NCBI GenBank assembly: GCA_026936335.1 | Contig: JAPMXV010000042.1 | Coordinates: 186,001 to 250,000, forward strand | Reading direction: 5' to 3' | From: Mantamonas sphyraenae STR306 | Taxonomy: Eukaryota; Protista; CRuMs | Length of the DNA: 64,000 nt | Shown: positions 12,801-25,607 of the stretch, piece by piece | Layout: every line of letters starts with the position of its first letter | Numbering within the stretch: position 1 is the stretch's first letter | The notes under the pieces: model-generated | What the model was told of the DNA's origin: nothing | The model's database searches: none | Seen by the model: the letters and a program-made list of their open reading frames with translations, nothing else | Translations under genes and position numbers: made by a program

Positions 12801-15800
12801 AGCACGCATTGGCGAGTTGCACGCACTCACGCAATTGGACCTGAGTTTCAACCAGATTGGCAGCATCCCGGGCGAGTTGGTGCAGTTGACGGCCTTGCGC
12901 GAGCTGGAACTGGCGTACAACCAGATCACATCGGTGCCCAAGTCGCTGGGACAAATGACCACGCTGCTGGCCTTGGGATTGGGTGGCAATTGCATACGCA
13001 CGTCGTACAAGAACTACGTGGACATGAGTCGCAAGAGTCTGCACACCAAGTTCATCAGCAGCAAAAGCATCCCGCCGGAGATTGTCAATTTGGTGCAACT
13101 CAAGTCGCTGGAGATGTGGTCCAACGACCTGGACTGTCTGCCACCGGACATTGGATACTTGACGTCCTTGGTGCATCTGAATGTCATGTGCAACCATCTG
13201 CAGGTGTTGCCCTCGGAGATTGGCCTCATGTTTTCGCTACAAACGCTGCACGCCGGTGGCAACCAACTGTCGGAGTTCCCCCACCAGGTGGGCCTCTTGC
13301 GCTCCCTGCGTCGTCTCTTTCTGCCTCGCAATCGCATCGCCAGCATCGACGAGGGCATGCTGGGGGCGTGTGCCTCGCTGCGTCACCTCACCCTCAACCG
13401 CAACCAATTGACTGTGTTGCCCCAGGATGTGGTCACCCTGGAGCACTTGGTGGAGTTGAACGTGTCCAACAACCAACTGTGCGAATTGCCCCCCGGCATG
13501 GATCAGCTGCGTTCGCTCGTGCGTTTGGACATCTCGTGCAACCAACTGACCACCTGGCCGCCCGATCTCCACGCACTGCCCCTGCTGGAGTATTTGAATG
13601 CGTCGCACAATGCGTTTGAGGAGCTGGCCCACCTGTGCGGCGAGCCACAATCCACGATGGACATGCTTGCTGGCGGCGAGTGGGAACGTGCCTTTCCCTC
13701 GCTCACCACCCTGCGTCTGAATCACAACCAACTGCGTGAGCTGAGCATGGACATTGGATGCATGGAAAAGCTGCGTGAGCTGAACCTGGATTGCAATCTG
13801 CTGACGCGGTTGCCCACGGAAATCGGCCTTCTGGTGCGTCTGGAACGATTGTCGATTTGGGGCAACGAAATCACGTACCTTCCCCGTCAAATGGGCCAGC
13901 TGGAGTCGTTGCGTGTGTTTCGCATGGGCGGTGGCTCGGGCAACGCGGACATCCTTCCGTCCAGCATGCGCAGCCTGCCGCAGCTCAAGGTGCGCGGGGT
14001 GTATGCCATGAACACGGTGAGCAAGGGCAGGATACGCAGCATGTGGAAGAGTGCCGTGGTGAGCACGGAACAGCAGGCGCGTGTGTTTGACCTGCAACTC
14101 AAGCGCAAGCAAAAGGTGCGTCAGGCCATGCACGAGGAATGGTCCTCACTGGAGCTGCCCTCCCAGTTCATCCAAACCCTGCCACGGGAGTTGTACTACA
14201 TGAGCAGTCTCGTGCGTTTGGATCTGTCGGGTAACCAATTGGTCAGCATTCCCGTGGCCTTTGCGGAGGGGTTGGCCTCGCTCAAGGCCCTGGATCTGTC
14301 GGACAACCAGTTGGACAACGACGGTGTGGCCAGCCTGTATGCCATGAGCACGCTGACATCGTTGCGACTGGACATGAATGATATCGGGCACGTGGATCAG
14401 GTCGGACGCCTGGAACGTCTGCGTGAGCTGCACGTGGGTGGCAACCGGCTCACGAGTTTGCCCAACAGTTTGGGTGTCCTGACCGACCTGCGTCACTTGG
14501 CCATTTGGGGCAACCATCTGACGGTGAAGGGCATCCCACGCACGCTGGGCAAGCTTGCGTTGCTGGAGACACTGAATGCAGAGTACAACCTGATTGGCAC
14601 ACTGCCGTTGGAGATGTGTCAACTGCACCAGCTGCGAGACCTGCGTGTGAACTACAACAAGTTGAGTGAGGTGCCACTGGGTGTGTTGGGCGGTCTGACC
14701 TCGCTGGAAACCCTGTCTCTGGCAGGCAATGAGATTGCCGAGTTGCCCGGAGACGTGTCGGGTCTGATCTCTGTGGTGGACATCAATGTGTCGCACAATC
14801 AGTTGTCGGAGGTGTGTGACGAGGTGGCGCTGTTGACGCAACTGAGGCATCTGAATCTGCAGGACAACCAGTTGCTGAGTGTGAATCCTCGGCTGGGCGA
14901 ACTCCACGAGCTCATCAGCCTGGACGTCTCCTACAACCATCTCATCAAACTGCCCACACAGTTGAACGGACTGTCACGCTTGCGATCGCTCAACGTGGAG
15001 GGCAACGAACTGGTGGATTTGCCAAGGGAGGTGGGTCAGCTCGAAGATCTGACGGAACTGCGCATCAACACCAACCAATTGCGAGAGATTCCGGCGGATG
15101 TGTTGGACTGCCGTGCGTTGATGGTGTTGCAGGTGGCCAACAATCGTCTGACGCAATTGCCACCCAAGATTGGGGCGTTGAAGGAGTTGCGCGATTTGCG
15201 TGTGTCTGACAACGACATCCGCCACCTGCCAATCTCCCTGGGCAACCTGGACAACCTCGCCACCTTTGACTTTGGCGACAATCCCATCCGTGAGCCCGTG
15301 CCCGAGGACGTGGTGGCCCAGGGTGTGCCTGCCATTGTGGCCTACTTTCGCGATCAGCTGCAAGACCCGACGGAGCTGTTGTTCCAGGCAGCAGAACGCA
15401 ACTGGAAGGAACTGAAATTGGACGGACGCTCGCTGCGTGACATCCCGCAGGAAGTGTTCCAGCTGCCCGATTTGGAGGCGTTGGATCTGTCCATGAATGT
15501 GTTGGGCATGGAGGCTGTGGAGGGCAAGCTGTGCGAGATGATGGCAACGCTCACCCATCTGGATCTGAGCGACAACTCGTTCCGTCGTATCCCACAGGAT
15601 GTGTTTGACATGACGGCGCTGCGTGTGTTGCACCTCAACTCCACGGGCTTGCGTTCCGTTCCCTCGTCTCTGGGTTCCCTGACCCGTCTGGAGGAGTTGG
15701 GATTGTCGGGCAACCAGCTGACGGCGGTGCCCACCACCGTGGCCAACCTGACGGCCATGCAAGTGTTGCTTCTGAGCAACAACAATCTGCCGCGCTTGAG

Positions 15801-17538
15801 TGCGGGAGTGGCACACATGCCCCACCTGCACACGCTGGACATCAGCAACAACTCGCTGACACAATTGCCAGCAGAATTGGCAGCATGCACACGTATGGAG
15901 CATCTGGACGCAAATTTCAATGCCATCAGCAAGATTTGCTTCTCCTTGGCCAGCATGCCGCATCTGCGTAGGCTGGGACTCAATGCAAACGCACTGCATG
16001 AGGTGCCGTTTTGCACGACACCGGTTGACCGCAAGCACAGGGGACGCAACAGCAAGGGGCGAGGTGGCGGCAAGGGTGGAGAGGGAGAGGAGGCACCGGT
16101 GGTGTTTATGCATTTGATGGAGGTGCATCTGTCGCACAACAAGCTGCGTGAGCTGCCTCCACTGGGCACGACATTTCCCGTGCTTCGTCGCCTGATGGTC
16201 AACGGCAACTCACTGCAGGAATTGTCACTGGGGGACGGGTACGAACCCATGATCCCCAACATGGGCCAGAGCGGCGCAGAGCAAGGTGGTCACACACACC
16301 ATGCAGAGGGGCACGCGACCTCTTTGTCGTCGTCGTCGTCGTCTTCCTCGTCTTCCTCGTCCTCATCAACCTCCTCCTCACCAATGTTGGCTGCTGGGGG
16401 CAGCAGTGCAGGAGGAGAGGAGGATGGGACGAGTGATGGACCAGAGTACATCAAGAGTGCATTCCTGCCTGTGCGACACGTGGGCCATCCGCTGCACGAG
16501 TTGGCATTGAGTGGAAACAACCTTCGCGAGATTCCACCGGAGCTGTTGGTCCAATTGGGCAACCTGGAGATTCTACACCTGGATGGCAACCTTGTGAGCA
16601 CATTGAGCGAAGAGTGGCAATGGATGCGGTCGCTGAAGCAGGTGACGCTGAATGGCAACCAGCTGCAGGTTGTGGACGAGGCCTTGTTTGCCCTCACCGA
16701 GTTGCGTCACGTGGACTTGAGCAACAATGGCCTGCGTGAGCTGTCGCCTCGTGTTTGCCAGCTCACACGACTGCGACACTTGGGATTGGCCAAGAATGAG
16801 CTCAAGGGCCTGCCCAGCAGTCTCCACCTGTGCACGGAGTTGTCCATGCTCGACGTGTATGGCAACCCTTTCCGTGCCCTGCCCTCCCATGTGGTCGACC
16901 GTGGCACACGCTCCATTCTTGTGTATTTGGAACAGTTGTACCGCAAGGAGATGCAGGTGCAAGCCATGGCCAGGAACGGCGCAGGGGTGTCTTCCTCCTC
17001 CACCTCATCATCCTCATCATCCTCAGCATCCTCATCGTCAACATCATCCGCAGCAACAGCAGCATCGCAACAACATACATCGACACAGGCTGCCGCCATG
17101 TCTCCTGGCAAAGTCAATAGCTTTGCAACGTCGGGGGCGTTTGGTACAAAGTCGGCGTCGCTGTTTTCGTCCCCACAAACGGATGTTGGGATATCGTCGT
17201 CATCATCGTCGTCGTCGTCGTCGTCGTCCAAGGTGTCGTCGTCGCCCATGTCCCCGTTTCGTGCGAGTGGAGGTGGACGCGTATCTGTGTTTGGTGGGTT
17301 GGATGGCAAGGATAGCCAGGATGAGACGCCGGAGAGTCCGACACTGGCCAACAGAATCTTTGGGCTGTTTTCGGGTGGAGCTGGACAGGCTCAGGGTGCA
17401 TCATCGTCATCGTCATCCAGTGGCACAAGTGGCACGGGGGCTGCTTCATCGTCGTGGAGCACGTGGGGTGGCTCGTTGTTCGGCTCAGCCACACAGGAAC
17501 AGTCACAGCAACCACAGATGCCCGACGAGACCACGTGA
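9851..17538 (+). CDS. Giant (about 2500 aa) leucine-rich-repeat protein made of several capped LRR solenoids
   Basis: Dozens of LxxLxLxxNxLxxLP repeats; intron 10606-10763 joins ORF 9761-10774 to ORF 10519-17538; Ser-rich tail. Confidence 0.92.
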
Positions 17539-17658
17539 GGAAACCCAACTTGTGTGTTTGTGCGGTAGGCAACGCAACGCAACGCTGGGAAGGAAATGAA
17601 GACAAGTGGACTGGGTGTGTGATTGGATTGTGTGTGTGTGTGTAGTTGATTGCAGTGC

Positions 17659-20005
17659 CTACTCTGCACCCACAGTGTAGTTGTCGGCGCGGATGCCGAT
17701 CTGCTCGCTGTAGCGTACGCTCTGGCCGTTGTCTGTGCGACCCACGGTGACGACAGAGACGGGACACATGGTTTGGTCGGACATAAAGTCGATGGTGATG
17801 GGGAAGAAGGAGTCCTCGTCGGCGTGAGGGACATGGAGCTCCAGGTTGCCCGTGGTGTTGGAGTCGTCGATAAAGTCGATCTGCCAGTGGAACACCCCGT
17901 TGGCAAACTGATAGTTGCCGTCGATGGTTTCAATCTTGGGCTTCTGGGCAGAGACGAGTGGGATGGCAATGTCGACGTAGTTGAGGTTGAGGGGATACTG
18001 GCGCTCGTACTCGATGCTGACGACGGTGGTGTTGTTGGGACCGTCCTGTGGCCAGCAATTGATGGTGATGGGACACATTTCCTCCTCGTTGCTGCTCATC
18101 TTCCAGCGCAGGAGGCCATTGGGCTTGCCCACCATGAGCGGCTTCTTCTTGTACGCCAGCAGACGTTGTTTGGAAAACATGCCCTTGTCCACGCCCGGGT
18201 TGGTCATAAACTTGAAGCCCGCGGCGTTTTCCACGTCCACCTTGACGGCCAGTGTGGTGAGATCGTCCGAGGTGACGGTGATGTCGAGTTCACCCTTGCA
18301 CTCCATGTTCTGCACGTCGCCGTCCCGGGACAGCTGCACAGACACACGCTCCTGCACGTTGATGTGCACCGCCTCCCGGTCCACCTGGGGCATGGAGGCC
18401 TGTGCAGAGGAGCCCGAGCTGGTGGACGAGGCCACCTGCTGCTCGTCCATGATGATTTCGCCCTCGTTGGCCAGCTTGGCAAAGAGGTCGTTCTGAGAGG
18501 CACCCAGACCCAACCCCAGGCCTCCACCCATGCCACCCGATGAGCCACCACCGCCACCCAGCTTCATGCCACCGCCCATGTTGGCGAACGCGTTGGACGT
18601 GCTGCTGCTCACCTCGTTTGACGCAGACGACGACGAACCCGTGCTGCCAGACGTGTTTTGCTTGACCGAAAACCCGTCAGATGAGACTGCGAGAGGGCAT
18701 AGTGGGTGTGTGGGGGGAAGGAAGGGGAAGGAGGGGGTGTCAGTGTGTCAGTGTGGCTGAACACCACGACGCAGCGGAAGAGGTAGGAAGGTGGGAAAAG
18801 ATGATGACAATGGCAAGAAGAAGAAAAGGTCCAACATACGCATGGAACCAAACGAGCTGGAACTGATGCCACCGGCAGAAGCAAAGCTTCCGCTGGAAAC
18901 ACCGGCGAGCTTGTCCATGCGCTTGCGCTCTTCACGCTTGGCGTCCAGGTCTTTGGCAATCTTGTCCGCCTTCTCCTTGGTCTCCTTGAGCTTGTTCTTC
19001 TGGATGATCTCCTGGATCTTCTCCTCGTGGCTGTCCATCTCAATGTACGTCTTGATTTGGCCCAGCGAGCAGTTGGTCTTGTAGCCGAGGGTGATGACCT
19101 CATCAAAGGCAAACACAAGTTCGTAGCTGCGCGACGAGACATGGGGGGGAGCACACACACACACATACACACATGCATGGGTTAGTCTCAACAACGAGGG
19201 GGCACATGGGCAAGGGGATGGCGAGGCACACGCGTGCGGGTGGCGGGAACAGGGACGGATTCACACTGGGAAATGGGGGACGCACATGTGCTCTTCGACG
19301 GCGCGCTCGTCGACGACGTTGTGAGGCCCACAGCTCTCGGGAACCTGGAGGGGGGACGGAACGGACACAGGAACAGGATGTAAGCGGAACATTGCCGGCG
19401 GATGATGCGGTGTGTGGGATGAGGATGGGAGGTGGAAGGGCAGGAGGAGGGCCGGAGGGCGAAGCACGGGGGTTTCGGAGAGGGGAACGCACAATCTTGG
19501 CCAGCGTCTGCAGGGTCTCGATGTCCTCGAGGATGTTGCTCTGCTTGTTGGTGATGAGCAGGAGGTAGAGCGAGTCCATGGGATGGTACACATAGCGCAC
19601 ATTCTCCGTTTCAATAAAGGTATGCTGCTTGCCGCTGCCAATGAGCTTGGGAAACGCGGCCAGCAGACCCTCGATGCGCACCTTGGAGATGTCCACAAAG
19701 TTGCGTGCCAGGAGGGCTGTGAGGGGAATTGGAAGAAGGGGGAAAGAGGGACGGGAGAGGAAGGGATGGAGAAGGGGAGGGAGAGTGGCGTTGTGTGTGA
19801 GCAACAACGTGGAACCCGGCGGGGGAGTGGCGTTCAGGTGGCACTTTCCACGTACGCTTGCCGTTCTTTGTGCAGATTCCAGCAGAGAGGACCACCTGTG
19901 GGAGAAAGCATGGTGAGGAACGGGAGAGAGGGGGGGAAGGGGGGGACGTGTAAGAGGGGAGTGATGACACAAACGGGGTGAGAACATTGGGAGAGGACTC
20001 ACCAT
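17659..20005 (-). CDS. ARCN1: Coatomer subunit delta
   Basis: Multi-exon: M|[71 protein letters not shown]-terminal mu-homology domain. Confidence 0.95.
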
Positions 20006-20064
20006 GACGGGTTTTGGGTTGACGGCGCTGGGGGAACCACACACACACACTGGGAAAGCCCAAA

Positions 20065-20096
<32 letters not shown>

Positions 20097-20097
<1 letters not shown>

Positions 20098-20489
20098 TGA
20101 GCCAACCTGCAAGTGTGCCTGGTGTGTATCGACGCGCCCTGAGGCTGATTCCGTCGTATGTGCGGTCGCCGGGGGTGCAGGAGTTCCTGCAGAAGGAGTT
20201 TGTGGCGACGTTGGAAGGGTTTGGGGCATCGCAAGAGGTGATTGACGAGTTGACACCGAACCTAAACGACGTGTCATACATGGAAGAGGTGACCCAGATG
20301 CAGGTGCGCCAACAGTTTGAGAAGGAGGCCGGCGAGACCGACCCCAAGCGGATTGGCAAGTTGCTTTCCGAGGCCAACAAGCAGCTGGACGCCATCCACA
20401 AAAACGTCATTATTGAGAAACAGTTCTTCCGCGACGCGGCCAAGGAACAGGAGGTGGAAGAGGCACTGCACGTGCACAAATCCGGCTGA
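20097..20489 (+). CDS. LYR-motif (Complex1_LYR-like) mitochondrial protein
   Basis: VYRRALR motif and [24 protein letters not shown] typical of LYRM proteins. Confidence 0.7.
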
Positions 20490-20507
20490 AATGGAACACA
20501 AAGGGGC

Positions 20508-22819
20508 CTATGCATTTTCCAACCTGGCGCTCATCCTCTTCTTTTGCAACTGCGAGTTTGCCCTGCGTGCGCCAGCCCTACGCATCGATTGCACCTCTTG
20601 CGGCACCAGAGGGCTCTCTGTTGTTTGTGTCTCTGTCACCTCTTTCCCATTGCTGTCGTCGTCGTCGTCGTTGTTGCCGCCACTGCTGCTACTGCTGCTG
20701 CTGCTGCTACTGTTCTGCTGCTTCTCCTTCTCCTTCTCCTCTTCGTCTTCCTCATTGTCCTTCTCCTTCTCTTCCTGTTCCCGATCCTTCTCCTCCTCTT
20801 CCTCCCCATGATCATCATCACCCCCACTTGCTTCGCCACTTTGACTCCCCGTGTGGCTGCTGTCTAGCTGGGATGTGTATGAGGTCTCATAGGCACGCAG
20901 GTTGCTGGACATCTCCTCTTCGCTGAGTTTGTCGGCCAGCAGCGACATATGCACACTGGCACGCACCCAACGGGTGGCCTCATCGGTGATCACGCGTCGG
21001 TACGTGCCCAAAGGCCCACTGAGGACAAGGGTGCCTCCGGTGTCACGTAGTTGATGTTCAGCCTCCTTGTCCTTGTCCTTGTCCTTGTCCTTGTCCTTGG
21101 TAGAGGAGGAGGAGGAGGAGGATTTGCCGCCTGCCTCGCTTGGATACAAATGGTTGGAATGGAGGCCGTAGGAGAGGTCGGTTTCCAACACAAAGGGAGA
21201 CACACCCTGGGCGGCATTCCGTGAGCCATGAGCACCTGCACCACCACTGCTGGACGAGGCGGTGGAGTCTGTGCGTCCCGGACGTGCCACCAAACCCACG
21301 CCACCCAGCACATCCTCCACCTCACGTGCATGCTGTTCCGGTGTCACAAACTCCCATTGGGACACGGGATCCTTGGCGCTCTCCTCCTGCCACAGGGCAA
21401 GTGCATCGTCGTCCAGGTCCTCAAACACCAGTTGCACCTTGAACCCCGGGGGGAACTTTTTGCGCACCTCACTCTTGTGGGGACCGTCCAGCTGATCCAG
21501 ATCAAAGGTGAGCAGGTTGGACTCTGGGATGAAGGCAGAGTGGAACCCAAACCGGAAGATTTCGATGCTGGAGCGCGTCAGGCTAGCCATGCGGCTGGCG
21601 TACCTGTGTTTGCACTTGACATACATATCGCCATGGACCACAACGTCCACGTCGCCAATGTCGTTGTGTGCGTTGTTGGAGTAAGGAAACACACTGTGGT
21701 GGGCAGGAACACACGGGTGGGTTGGACGGTGGGCATTTTGGTGTGTGTGAGCGTCGCTGGTTTGGGCTACGGGTGCGCACGAGCCAAACACACACACACA
21801 CACGCACACAGGCAGGGATGGAAAGTGTTGATGATGACAAAAGACAAGGCGTGATCAAAATGGGAAGCACACCCATGGATGGTGGACGGGGTGGGAAGGG
21901 GAAAGGGGAAACGCGAAGACGCAGAACAGATGTGGGGGATGGGAAAACGCACGTAAGCTTCTCGCCCTTCTCGAGACGTGCGCGGTTGTCAAACAGTTCC
22001 ACGGTGTGGTTCTTGAGCACACGGATGTGAGGTCGCACGGCGTTGTTCTCCCAAAACGGGGCGCCGATGAGACGGATGGTGCGCAAAATCTTTGGCGGGA
22101 AGTTGTTGAGATCGACGGCGCCTTGGACCTTCCACAAATCCATATAGTACACACAGCTGCGGAAGGAACACGGCAGAGGCCACGTGACGCCCAGAAATCA
22201 TCACCATGGCATAGGACAACAGTGTGAGCGGGTGCAGGATGGGGAATGAATCCACAGGAGGCAGAGAGGGGCAAAACAACAACAAAGCAACTCACCGGCG
22301 CTGGGAGGGGTAGCGTACGCCGTTGCCATCTTTGGTCCTTCGAGCGGCGTAAAAGTCGAGGGCATCGATCCAGGAGCCACAGAGACCGGCGTAGATGAGA
22401 TAGGCAGCAATGATGGTGCCTGTGCGGCCCTTGCCAGCCATGCAATGGACGGCGACGATGTGGTCGTCGCTCTGGGAGAGCCAGTCGTGCATGGTGTTGA
22501 GGACGCGGTCGAGTTGGCGAAGCTGCGGACAGTGGTGGTCGGGGAAGGGAAAGTCGATGACGCGGTTGTCAAACTTGGAATAATCATAGACGCGTTCGCT
22601 GGAGTTGATGATGAGGTAGTTGTCCGGGTGGCGTTTGTTGAGGAAGTCGGAGACGGCGGCGATCGGGTTGCGGTACGCCCCTTCCAGACCGTCCGAGGGT
22701 AGGCCCATGCCAATGATGTTTGGAGTGATGTAGGACAGGTCCAGGTCAAACTCATCGTCCTGTAGCCGTCGTTTTTCCTGCGACACCACCCCTCGCACCT
22801 TGTTCAACAGGCCCGACAT
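20508..22819 (-). CDS. PTEN: PTEN-like phosphoinositide phosphatase with C2 domain and long acidic tail
   Basis: [84 protein letters not shown]; several introns. Confidence 0.92.
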
Positions 22820-22872
22820 GGTTGTCACTGCTTGTGCTGGGTCCCCCCTCGTGCGCACCCACCGCAAAAAGC

Positions 22873-23588
22873 ATGGCCACCGAACTCGGGTCCTTTGTCG
22901 ACAGTGAGTTGGGAACATTGGGAAGAGTGGGGAGATTGAGGAGATGGGGATGGGGATGGCAATGGGAACGCGCAAGGCCGAAATGGGAGTGTGTGTGTGT
23001 GTGTGTGGCCTACTCTCTGACACCTGCCATCATTGTGTGTGTGTGTTACCACACAGAGATCGTGTCTGTGCTGACGAGCGATGGAAGGATCATGGTGGTG
23101 AGTGGCAACAACGACGGGTGCGGGGGGGGGAAGGAACACGGGGGGAGAAGCAGCAGGGAGAGAGTGAGAGGGGGGGCAAGCGCGGAATGCGCGCGGAGGC
23201 ACCGTGGTGACGATGTGGGCTGACATGACACACATGGCACACGCTGACACATGCACAGGGGACATTGCGAGGCTACGACCACGTGACGAATATTATTCTG
23301 GACCAGTGCCACGAGCGGGTCTACTCTGCCGAAGAGGGCGTCACCGCGGTGCCGCTTGGCTTGTACATTGTCAGGGGCGACAATGTGTACGTGTGGACGC
23401 AGTGCAGAGGGTGGCAGAGAGACCATGTGTGGATGGAGGAGGGACTTGAGCTGACACGTGGACGGGTTCCCCCTGTGCACATGGGCATCAACCACAGCGC
23501 CGTCATCGGACTTGTGGACGAGGACAAGGACAGAGAGATCGACTACGAGAACATCAAAGCGGCGCCCTTGCCACCCATCAAACATTAA
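22873..23588 (+). CDS. LSM8: U6 snRNA-associated Sm-like protein LSm8
   Basis: Spliced: MATELGSFVDKIVSVLTSDGRIMVGTLRGYDHVTNIILDQCHERVYS...LGLYIVRGDNVAVIGLVDE...IKAAPLPPIKH. Confidence 0.92.
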
Positions 23589-23645
23589 CAGAGGTCGCAA
23601 AAGACACACCACACACAGACACACACATACATAGATAGAGACACT

Positions 23646-23967
23646 TCATTGCCGGCTTGGAGGCCGCGGTTTCGGAGGGCGAGGCTTGCGAGGCTTTTTG
23701 CTTCGACCCCGTTTGTTGGAAGAGGAGGAGGAGGAGGAGGATGATGATGAAGAGATGCTACCAGCAGCACGCGCAGCATTGGTCTTGCTGGGGGATGAGG
23801 ATGGGCGACGGGTCTGTTTGTCGCGCTGTACAAAGTGCGTGTTGGTCATAGGTGCATCCGAGAAGAACAGGGCCATCTCGTCGTCGTCCATGGACAGAGT
23901 CATGTTCATGGCTGCGGAATCGCTTTGAGCCCGCGGCGGGGTGGGTGTGCTTGCAAATCGTTCATCG

Positions 23968-24013
<46 letters not shown>

Positions 24014-25492
24014 TGTCGTCGTTGTCGTTGTCACGTGAGTTGTGCCTGTGGGTGTGCGTGTGCGTGTGCGTGGTGGTGCCCACGTGCTGCTCCACGCGTG
24101 CTTTGCGGCTGAGCACCTTTGAGGAGGAACGGAGAGAGCTGGCTTTGACGTCGTTGCGCATCAACGCAAGGGCGACGGCGTCGTCCTTGTCTGCCACCAC
24201 CACGTCCTGTGCGCCATGTTGTCCACCATCGTCACCGTGTGCTCCATCGCCTCCACTGCGATTGACATACTCGTTCAACCACACATCCTGCAACTTGCTG
24301 TTCAGGGTGCGCATCTCTCGGATGCTAGGTTTCCGCAGCGTGTCTTCCGACGAGGAGGAGGTGGTGGTGCCAGCAGCACCCTGCTCATGGGCCACGTGTT
24401 GCTGCATCCGTTCCACATCGCCCTTAAACACCATTTCCTCTTCGATGCATCGCTGTACAAACTCCACATCCTTCATCAGTGCCGTGTGTTCCGCCTGCAA
24501 TGCAGCGCGCAGGTGATCCACCACGTCGTCCATGTCCAACACGGACAGTGCCTGTGATCGTGCTTGTCCCTCTTCCACCTCTTCCACTCCATCTCCTTCT
24601 CCTTCTCCGTCTTTGTTGTCGTTCCCACCACCATCCCCACCATCCTTCTTCACGTCATCCTCTGCCCTTCCACTGTCCTCCCCTGTGTATGCGTGTGGCG
24701 AGGCGGAGGTCCGTTCCAACAGGGAAAGGGTGCGCTCCTGCACCTCGTCCACACTGCTGCCACTCTTGTTACTGCGTTCCATGCGTGATTCGGGCCTGCG
24801 TACACTGTCCACCTGCGTCAGGGCCTGCTTGCTGCTCCGTTGCGTCTGTACATACTCCAAGATCTGTCGTTCCCGCGGCGTACCCACCACCTTGGCCATC
24901 ACCGCCGCCGCCGCCTTTGAATCTCCCATGCTGCCGCTACTCCGTTGGATGTTCTCCACAAAGTGTTGGATGTCCGCTTCCAGAAGCGATCGTCCGCGTG
25001 TGTTGAGCTCCCTTCCGTTTGCGCCCGCCAACCGGGCCCGCAGCACATCAAACTGCGCGTCTGTGTCTGCACCCAGCTCGTCGCAGATTTCCAACAACGC
25101 CTCCAGCTCCCTTTTTGCTGCCTGTGGGTGTGTTGGGTGTGTTGGGTGTGATGGGTGTGGGTGTGTGTCCGTGTAAGCAGCCGTGGTCCCCAAGCGCGAG
25201 AGACTTTCCGTTGCGTTGCTTGTTCACTCACCTCGTTGTTGTCGATCTGCACTTCCCCAAGCATCCTGCGCACCTCTGCGTGTTCCTGCGGCTCCAATCG
25301 CGCCTGGATGAGGTCGATGAGAAGGGTGCGTGGTTGGAAGGCAGCGGAGGAGGGGGACAACGACGGGTGGTCGGCCTCCTCAACGTTGCCTTGATCGTCA
25401 TTGTGGTTGCCGTGATGATGTTGGCCGTGTCTGTCGTCGCCTTGCACATACAATGGCTTGTCGGCAATGGCCGAGAGGTCGAATGCGCTCAT
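23646..25492 (-). CDS. CCDC24-like coiled-coil protein
   Basis: LIDLIQARLEPQEHAEVRRMLGEVQIDNNE|AAKRELEALLEI and MDDVVDHLRAALQAEHTALMKDVEFVQRCIEEEM resemble the two conserved CCDC24 blocks; one intron about 25231-25122. Confidence 0.65.
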
Positions 25493-25556
25493 GCGGCCAC
25501 CGCAAAGAGAGTTCAGCCCCCACGGAACGGAAAAACCAGGAGAAACTTTGGGATCC

Positions 25557-25572
25557 ATGTCGCAGCCGTGGG

Positions 25573-25607
<35 letters not shown>

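Noticed and set aside
9851-17538. Roco/LRRK or NLR protein
   Set aside because: No P-loop, ROC-COR, NACHT or kinase motifs in the translation.
20071-20096. (GA)n and intronic (GT/CA)n runs as special elements
   Set aside because: Generic microsatellites found throughout the window; no specific function supportable.
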